Assembly: GCA_019056785.1 (NCBI GenBank)
Contig: DXJV01000079.1
Location: forward strand, 1 to 33,809
Direction: 5' to 3'
Source of the DNA: Candidatus Heimdallarchaeota archaeon
GTDB lineage: Archaea; Asgardarchaeota; Heimdallarchaeia; JABLTI01
DNA length: 33,809 nt
The notes beneath the pieces were generated by a model. It was not told the origin of the DNA and searched no databases. It saw only the letters and a list, made by a program, of their open reading frames with translations. The position numbers were made by a program, and so were the translations under genes. The number at the start of each line of letters is the position of its first letter. Within the stretch, counting starts at the first letter, position 1. Positions 27,634-33,809 of this stretch are shown piece after piece.

Positions 27634-27993
27634 TTAGTAGGGCTGAGAATGCTCCTCTAAAATGACGCGGTTTTGCGACTGGTCGTAAATCCCCCGGAGA
27701 AAATGCATGTGTTTTTTCAAGTGTATGTCGAGGCAATTCTTCGTCGCATGAAAATACTGATGGTGTTCTTCACAGTAAAACACCTCTTCTTTATCAGCAA
27801 AAGGCAATCCACATTCTGCACATATTTTGTCTTGTATTTCCACATAGCATTTCAAATGCACCGCTAATTTCTTGGTCTTCTTGTCTTGGATGAATATGAG
27901 ATCATCCTTGGCGATTATTTTGTGACAAATGATACAACGTTGAAGCGGCTCAATTTTCGCCTGTAATTTTGATGGGATGTGTTTTTTTACCAT
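27634..27993 (-). CDS. Double zinc-finger protein (LIM/RING-like)
   Basis: CIIC-x22-HLKC and CAEC-x12-CEEH-x4-H-x4-C; GGTGA RBS upstream. Confidence 0.8.
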   Translation of the reverse strand: MVKKHIPSKLQAKIEPLQRCIICHKIIAKDDLIFIQDKKTKKLAVHLKCYVEIQDKICAECGLPFADKEEVFYCEEHHQYFHATKNCLDIHLKKHMHFLRGIYDQSQNRVILEEHSQPY

Positions 27994-28144
27994 TTGCTTT
28001 CACCAATTAGATATTCTTTCTTCTAGAATTAAAAGAAAGAACAAAAGGGAGAGAACCGAAGATATTTTGATTGGTTCCAAATCGTCCTTTGAACTGAAAA
28101 GAGCTCTTTCTGTGTCCTTATCAGTAATTCATAGTTTTCGCAAA

Positions 28145-28204
28145 GATTTTTAAAGGAACTAACAACGCACAAATACTAGAAATATACTAACTATTAATTG
28201 GTGA
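28145..28204 (+). promoter_or_regulatory. TATA box and Shine-Dalgarno of rps12-rps7
   Basis: TTTTTAAA at 28147-28154 preceded by purine-rich BRE-like CGCAAAG; GGTGA at 28200-28204. Confidence 0.5.
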
Positions 28205-28212
28205 AATAATTC

Positions 28213-28656
28213 ATGCCTGGAAGTAAAAGCCCTAAAGGAGAATATGCGGGACGGCAATTAAAGAACAAACGGAAGAAGTTCCGCTGGAAAGATATTTACT
28301 ATAAACGGAAGATGTTAGGGTTAGATAAAAAAGTAGATCCATTACAAGCAGCTCCCCAAGCTTCTGGTATTGTGGTGGAGAAATATGGTGTCGAGTCCAA
28401 ACAACCAAATTCCGCTCTCCGAAAATGTGTGCGAGTGCAATTGATTAAAAACGGAAAGCAAATCGGGGCATTTGTCCCTCTTGATGGTGGGCTCAATCAC
28501 ATTGCTGAACACGATCGAGTTATTGTTGAAGGGATTGGCGGAGCAAAAGGCGGAGCTAAAGGCGATCTTCCGGGAATAAAATGGCGCGTCTCGAAAGTGA
28601 ATGGTGTCTCTCTTGCCAGTTTAGTTTATGGTAAGAAAGAAAAGCCTGTTAGGTAA
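28213..28656 (+). CDS. rps12: 30S ribosomal protein uS12 (archaeal S12)
   Basis: [41 protein letters not shown]. Confidence 0.98.
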   Translation: MPGSKSPKGEYAGRQLKNKRKKFRWKDIYYKRKMLGLDKKVDPLQAAPQASGIVVEKYGVESKQPNSALRKCVRVQLIKNGKQIGAFVPLDGGLNHIAEHDRVIVEGIGGAKGGAKGDLPGIKWRVSKVNGVSLASLVYGKKEKPVR

Positions 28657-28677
28657 ATAAAAAGTGAGTGATTATCG

Positions 28678-29643
28678 ATGCCCAAATCTAAAGCAGAAAA
28701 AGAAGCCAAAGATAAAAGCAAAAAAGCCGACACTAAGAAGGCTGATGCCAAGAAAGCTGAAACTAAAAAAGCTGAAACTAAAAAAGCTGAAACTAAAAAA
28801 GCTGAAACTAAAAAAGAAGAGCCTAAAGAAGAAAAAGTTAAGAAAGAATCAAAGGCTGCAAAGGCAAAAACTACTGATAAAAAAGAGAAGAAGGATGAAA
28901 AAGCTGTTGCTCCTGCCAAAACTGAAAAGAAACCCGCAGAAGTAAAAGCCGCACCAGAAAAACCCAGCAAGGCAATAGAGGAAGCCCCGACAAAAAAACC
29001 GGTTAGTGCGCCAAAAAAGAAAGCAGAGGTTAAAAAAGAAGAGGAGCAAGAGGTAGAAGAAGATACCAGTGCCTTATTCGAGGGAATTAAGCTCTTCAAT
29101 AAATGGGATTATAAAGATCTTGTTGTTACAGACCCTGGTTTGAAAGCTTATATTTGCCTTCGTCCTGTAATTACTCCTCATACCGGTGGTCGTTATGAGC
29201 ACAAGCGATTCAAGAAAGCCGAAATGCCCATTGTTGAGCGTTTGGTCAACAAATTGATGCGGAGACGGAAAGGCACCGGCAAGAAAGAACGAATGATCAA
29301 GGCTGTGAAAATTGCTTTTGAAATCATCCATCTCAAAACTGGGAAAAACCCCATTCAAGTCTTAATTGATGCGATTCAAAATGCTGCCCCTCGAGAGGAA
29401 GTGACTCGTATTACTTATGGGGGTATGGCCCAACTACAATCTGTTGATGTAGCACCGATGCGTCGTGTTGACATTGCATTGACAAACATTGTAGAAGGCA
29501 CCTATAAGAAAGCTTTCAATAACATTCTTACAGCAGAAGAGATCCTCGCTCAAGAACTCATTGATGCTGCAGACAATAAAACAAGCAGTTATGCAGTTAG
29601 TAAAATGCTTGAAATTGAGCGTGTTGCTTTAAGTGCGAGATAA
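28678..29643 (+). CDS. rps7: 30S ribosomal protein uS7 with about 130-aa Lys/Glu/Ala-rich N-terminal extension
   Basis: IKLFNKW, DPGLKAYI, PHTGGR, IVERLVNKLM, NPIQVL.DAI.NAAPREE, VDVAPMRRVD, ERVALSAR. Confidence 0.96.
   Translation: MPKSKAEKEAKDKSKKADTKKADAKKAETKKAETKKAETKKAETKKEEPKEEKVKKESKAAKAKTTDKKEKKDEKAVAPAKTEKKPAEVKAAPEKPSKAIEEAPTKKPVSAPKKKAEVKKEEEQEVEEDTSALFEGIKLFNKWDYKDLVVTDPGLKAYICLRPVITPHTGGRYEHKRFKKAEMPIVERLVNKLMRRRKGTGKKERMIKAVKIAFEIIHLKTGKNPIQVLIDAIQNAAPREEVTRITYGGMAQLQSVDVAPMRRVDIALTNIVEGTYKKAFNNILTAEEILAQELIDAADNKTSSYAVSKMLEIERVALSAR
28723..28812 (+). repeat. Coding 15-bp tandem repeat (KAETK)
   Basis: Four exact AAAGCTGAAACTAAA copies (28753-28812) preceded by two degenerate copies. 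Confidence 0.92.
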
Positions 29644-29651
29644 ATTCTCGC

Positions 29652-29698
29652 CATTTTTATTCCCTCTTTTCAGGGGGTTCTCTTTTTTTTGTTTTTTT
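29652..29698 (+). terminator. Terminator candidate after rps7
   Basis: T-rich tracts ending TTTTTTTTGTTTTTTT, with a weak CCCT...AGGG hairpin. Confidence 0.5.
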
Positions 29699-29790
29699 AG
29701 CAATTCTTATACTTTAATCTTTTTTGCACTTTACTTAAATAATGCTTTACTAATTATGTTATTGGTTGAAGGATAATTGCTGGTGATTAA

Positions 29791-30087
29791 ATGACTTACC
29801 AAGTTTTAGCATCGATATTTGGAAACTCCGTTCAAGTAAAGTTAATTGAATTTTTCTTAGTTAATAATGAAGGGCTCTTTCAACTTACTGATATTGCAAA
29901 ACATTTACAAATCTCACATTCGCGGGTACACGATTTAATTGACCAGCTGGTGCAAAAACGGCTTGTTTTTGAAACGCGCTCACAAAGGAACCGGCTATTC
30001 GAATTAAATAATAATCATCCTATAACTAAACAGCTGAAAGAACTGTTTAAGGTGGTCAGGGCATACAATTTAGCAAGTGAGTCTTAG
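29791..30087 (+). CDS. Winged helix-turn-helix protein (probable transcription regulator)
   Basis: LTDIAKHLQISHSRVHDLIDQLVQKRLV HTH plus wing; GGTGA RBS. Confidence 0.85.
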   Translation: MTYQVLASIFGNSVQVKLIEFFLVNNEGLFQLTDIAKHLQISHSRVHDLIDQLVQKRLVFETRSQRNRLFELNNNHPITKQLKELFKVVRAYNLASES

Positions 30088-30148
30088 AAACGAACGAAAG
30101 CATAATATTCCGAGAAAACAATAACTTATCATAATAGGGGTTAAAAAA

Positions 30149-30892
30149 TTGAACCGAAAAACAAATGAAAAACAACTTTCTTTTTTACGGCTTTCCTCTG
30201 AAGCACAATCACATCTCCATCATGGTAAAAAAACAGAAGCTTTGAAATGCTATGATGACTTTCTTGCTCAGTACCCGGATGATATAAAAGCATTTTATGG
30301 TAAAGGAATGATTTATTACGAGTTTAATGAATTTGAAAAAGCAATCGAGAATTTTGACTTGGCATTAAAAGTCGATGAGACACATGTGGATTCGTTGTAT
30401 GCCAAAGGTGTTGTGTTAAATGCTCAGGGATTTCATGAAGACGCTATTGCCCTTTTTAACAAAATAATTCAGCTTGAAGAAAACTTCGCTCTGGCGTGGT
30501 TAGCAAAGGGTTACGCATTATTAGAAGTTAATAAAGCAGAAGAAGCGCTGGAATGCTTTTTACAGGTAGAACAGCTAAATAACCGTCTTGATGTATCAAC
30601 TGGAAAAGGGCATGCTTATCGATTACTCCAACAGTTGAAGAAGGCAAAAAAGAGTTACTTGCAAGCTCTTGCAACTGATCCTTATGACGCAGATGCTCTC
30701 TATGGCCTAGGTGCAATTGCTTTTTCCACTAACAAGCTGAAAGAAGCGACAGATTTACTCTACAAATGTGTTGCACAAGATGATGGCCATCTATCAGCGT
30801 GGGAAATTTTAGCAAAGATTTATCAAAAAACAAATCAACAAGATAAAGAGCAAGTTGCACGTAAACGCATTGCTCAATTAAAGGAAAAATAG
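30149..30892 (+). CDS. Tetratricopeptide-repeat protein
   Basis: About 7 TPRs (AFYGKGMIY, SLYAKGVVL, AWLAKGYAL, ALYGLGAI). Confidence 0.9.
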   Translation: MNRKTNEKQLSFLRLSSEAQSHLHHGKKTEALKCYDDFLAQYPDDIKAFYGKGMIYYEFNEFEKAIENFDLALKVDETHVDSLYAKGVVLNAQGFHEDAIALFNKIIQLEENFALAWLAKGYALLEVNKAEEALECFLQVEQLNNRLDVSTGKGHAYRLLQQLKKAKKSYLQALATDPYDADALYGLGAIAFSTNKLKEATDLLYKCVAQDDGHLSAWEILAKIYQKTNQQDKEQVARKRIAQLKEK

Positions 30893-30999
30893 TCTTATGA
30901 CACTCCTTTAATTCCTTTTTTCATTTTGTTCATAAAACTTATTTTCATTCAAAACTATTAGCAAGTTGGAATTAAACTTTCCAAGGAAAATAGACTAAA

Positions 31000-31689
31000 A
31001 TGTTTGTTGTGAAAATTGGCGGATCACTATTGTTCAACGAAGATGAACAAATAAATGCTAAACTAATCTCAGAATATGCAAGAACAATTAGAACTGTCTT
31101 TACAAAACAAAAAGAGAAATTTGTGATTATTATTGGAGGAGGAAAAGTTGCAAGACGGTATATAACTGCCAGTCGAGCTTTGGGCGGAACAGAAACACAG
31201 AATGATATACTTGGTATAGAAATTGCAAAGCTGAATGCGCGCTTATTAGTTGCAGCATTAGGAAACATTGCCTATCCAACCATTCCTAATAGCTTTCAGG
31301 AATTTCAGGCAATTTATGCTTTAACAGATAAAGTCATTGTTTGCGGTGGCTTCACCCCGGGTCAGTCAACAAATGCTGTTGCTGCGGCGATAGCTGAAGA
31401 AACAAACGCGACAAAATTGATCAACCTTACCAATGTTGATGGTGTATTCACAGACGACCCGCAAAAAAATTCTCAGGCAAAGCTACAGCAATCAATTGCC
31501 ATTTCTGCCTTTAAAGCACTCCTCCAAAATCAAAAGACGAGCGCCGGCAATTATCCTCTCTTCGATTTAACAGCGCTTCAAATTGTTCTTCGCTCAAAAA
31601 TCCCCCTCGTTTTTGCTAATGGGAACAATCCGGAAAATTTACTAAAGGCTATCAAAGGCGAAAACATAGGTACAGAAATCAAGTATTAG
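31000..31689 (+). CDS. pyrH: UMP kinase (archaeal type)
   Basis: VVKIGGSL, IIGGGKVARRYI, GGFTPGQSTNAVAA, TNVDGVFTDDP, IGTEI. Confidence 0.95.
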   Translation: MFVVKIGGSLLFNEDEQINAKLISEYARTIRTVFTKQKEKFVIIIGGGKVARRYITASRALGGTETQNDILGIEIAKLNARLLVAALGNIAYPTIPNSFQEFQAIYALTDKVIVCGGFTPGQSTNAVAAAIAEETNATKLINLTNVDGVFTDDPQKNSQAKLQQSIAISAFKALLQNQKTSAGNYPLFDLTALQIVLRSKIPLVFANGNNPENLLKAIKGENIGTEIKY

Positions 31690-31741
31690 AATGGTTCTAT
31701 CACCTTCAATCGTTTAGTCTTTTTTCCTTGGGATTGGAAGG

Positions 31742-33352
31742 ATGATAACCATGAATCAAACAGAGCAAAAAAAGAAAAGTAGTAATAATTGTAGTGTTGA
31801 AAAAAGTGTCTCCGAAGGTTCGGCGAGTAAAAACCAGCCTTCTATGGCAGATTGTTCTACCAATAAAATGACTTCTGAATCATCAGAGCCATTACAACAA
31901 GATGTCAGTGTTGAAGGTACCGAGGAAACAAAGTACAAGAAAGATGAATATATTTACAACAAGCTGGTGAAGAAGCGCAATCACGTTTATTCGTGTATTG
32001 CTAATGTCTTGAAAAATTATGATAGAAAACAAGTGCTCAATGCATTCATTCCAGAGCGGGAGAAAATTGCCCTTAAATTAGCTTCCATTCTTATGAGTAA
32101 AGATGGTTTGACGGTACGGGATTTCAGCAATTTCTCAACTGCGCCTTCTGCTGAAGGGGGGAAAACAAACGAAATCATCTCACTTTCAGCAATAAATTTC
32201 CTTATTAATCAGGTATATGCTCTTTCAGCCGAAGATGAAGGCGAGATGGAGTTTTCAAAGGAAGCGAAGGAGCATTTAACTACTCTGGCATTAGACTGGG
32301 CAAAATTGCGCGATCAGGCATTTATGTTTTCAAATGGAATGATTAAACTAGAATATGAGCTTCATGACGAGTTCTATTTCACAGAAACGGAGCTCTATCA
32401 TGAGACAGAGAAGAAACTGAAAAGCATCGGTGTAGGAACAGGTTTTGGTGCTCAGTCCAAGCTAAAAGAGATGCGTGACCAACGTCGAAAAGCCACTGAT
32501 AGAACGGTAAATGAATTAATTGACTTAGTAAAATCTTGGCATAGTGAAATAGCCTTTTTACGTCGTATAACTGAGTTTTATGCATCTATGCGGCAATTAA
32601 CAGAAGAAGAAGTGGAAGCTCTTTCACTCCTCTTCGAAAATTTCGGTGCTTTACTGGAACTCGAGAGTCTCAAGCGAAAATTCAAAGAGGTAAAATTGAG
32701 CAAAATTGAGGAGATGAAAAAGAACCGGGACAAATTAGAGTACAAGCAAGAATTGCAATTATCCATCTATGAAGCAATTATGAAATTCACGTTGGGACAA
32801 AAGGATGTTCCCTACTTTCTCTGCAGGATTATCACGAAAAAAGATGGGGAGCAATACCTTCAAATCGCTATCATCTCACTTTTATTATTCTCACGATTCT
32901 GTAACTCTTACTCTGAAACAACCCGGAGTAAAAAAGCTCATGACTTGGAATTAATCGTGTCGGAAATAGCAAGTTTGAGTGGTTGGGAGGTAGTCGACCA
33001 GAATGTCGAAATTCTAAGCGAAGGAGATACTGTAACTGAAATTGATTTGATTATTCATCGAGGGAAGACAACAATTATTGTGGAAGTAAAAGATTTAGCG
33101 CTCTGGCGTGGGTGGTATTTCGACCGCGAAAGTTTGATCAAACGCTATGATATCTTCGTCACAGCAGCTAAAAAATTGCGAGAACGGCGACTATTATTGA
33201 AAAACACAAACGCAAAGATTTTGATTGTCACAGCTCTCACCGAACGCTGGAAAAATGTCGATGGCGTCCCTATTGTACCCTTGAAGTCATTACATAAATA
33301 CTTGAAAAAATTGAAACGACTGGAAAGTGGCCGGCAAAAAGCAAAGCGGTAA
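31742..33352 (+). CDS. Hypothetical protein with C-terminal PD-(D/E)XK (NERD/restriction endonuclease-like) domain
   Basis: AHDLE...EIDLII......IVEVKD motif near the C-terminus. Confidence 0.75.
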   Translation: MITMNQTEQKKKSSNNCSVEKSVSEGSASKNQPSMADCSTNKMTSESSEPLQQDVSVEGTEETKYKKDEYIYNKLVKKRNHVYSCIANVLKNYDRKQVLNAFIPEREKIALKLASILMSKDGLTVRDFSNFSTAPSAEGGKTNEIISLSAINFLINQVYALSAEDEGEMEFSKEAKEHLTTLALDWAKLRDQAFMFSNGMIKLEYELHDEFYFTETELYHETEKKLKSIGVGTGFGAQSKLKEMRDQRRKATDRTVNELIDLVKSWHSEIAFLRRITEFYASMRQLTEEEVEALSLLFENFGALLELESLKRKFKEVKLSKIEEMKKNRDKLEYKQELQLSIYEAIMKFTLGQKDVPYFLCRIITKKDGEQYLQIAIISLLLFSRFCNSYSETTRSKKAHDLELIVSEIASLSGWEVVDQNVEILSEGDTVTEIDLIIHRGKTTIIVEVKDLALWRGWYFDRESLIKRYDIFVTAAKKLRERRLLLKNTNAKILIVTALTERWKNVDGVPIVPLKSLHKYLKKLKRLESGRQKAKR

Positions 33353-33390
33353 AGAAAATTATGCTGTTGTTTTTCTCTTTTCCTCTTCTT

Positions 33391-33809
33391 TCATTTTTTT
33401 ACAGTTTTTCGTTCTTCTCGTACCTCACGAATGACCTTTAATTTGATTATTTCTTCCTCGCTTTGTTTAGGAAGTGTTTGGAAGTGGTCAAACCGTCGTA
33501 AGAGGTCAAAGAAGAGGATGATCCCTAAGATAGCTGCAAAGTAAGAAAAAAGATGCATGAACGCGAATCCTACAGGTTTTGTTAGGTAGTCGATTTCCAG
33601 AAGGTTAAGAATGTTAGTGATGGGGTAAATTAGAGCAAAAAGACCATAGACATACGGAAGCATGCTTTTTCCATAACCAATAGCAACACGTTTTTTGAGT
33701 TTTCGTTGGAAAAAGTCATTTAATATAAAAGTAAAAATAAATAATAGTGTTGTTGACAATTGAAAAATTTCGGTGATTTGCTCAATAAAAGCTTGATTCG
33801 TTCCAATTA
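33391..33809 (-). CDS. C-terminal part of a polytopic membrane protein; 5' end outside the window
   Basis: Frame is open to the window edge; three hydrophobic helices followed by a charged tail. Confidence 0.7.
   Translation of the reverse strand, partial: IGTNQAFIEQITEIFQLSTTLLFIFTFILNDFFQRKLKKRVAIGYGKSMLPYVYGLFALIYPITNILNLLEIDYLTKPVGFAFMHLFSYFAAILGIILFFDLLRRFDHFQTLPKQSEEEIIKLKVIREVREERKTVKK

Noticed and set aside
28723-28812. Tandem repeat as a CRISPR array
   Set aside because: The 15-bp units have no spacers and lie in frame within rps7; no cas genes are present.

Overview
Low-GC chromosomal segment from an archaeon. Archaeal-type NAC, Sm/Lsm, uS12/uS7, A/V-ATPase subunits, an Orc1/Cdc6-like ATPase, MfnB, TATA boxes and oligo-T terminators support this. 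The mix of TPR proteins, C-terminally anchored surface proteins and several eukaryote-like domains suggests an Asgard (Heimdallarchaeia-like) genome, which is an inference. About 34 CDS and one tRNA are present. I found no CRISPR array, rRNA, transposase or integrase. Most genes are housekeeping. The most unusual items are: a tRNA-Phe(GAA) with a 64-nt structured insertion in the D-loop and no clear bulge-helix-bulge; a secreted modular caspase-like protease with a cluster of palindromes in its promoter; a putative gelsolin-like protein next to a LIM/RING-like zinc-finger protein; a longin/uDENN-like-wHTH gene coupled to a MinD/ParA ATPase; an apparently ATPase-dead Orc1/Cdc6 paralog; a ferredoxin fused to a PCI-like winged helix; a uS7 with a long repeat-containing lysine-rich N-tail; and a membrane acyltransferase-like gene broken by one in-frame TAG. 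All family assignments come from motif recognition by eye, not database searches.
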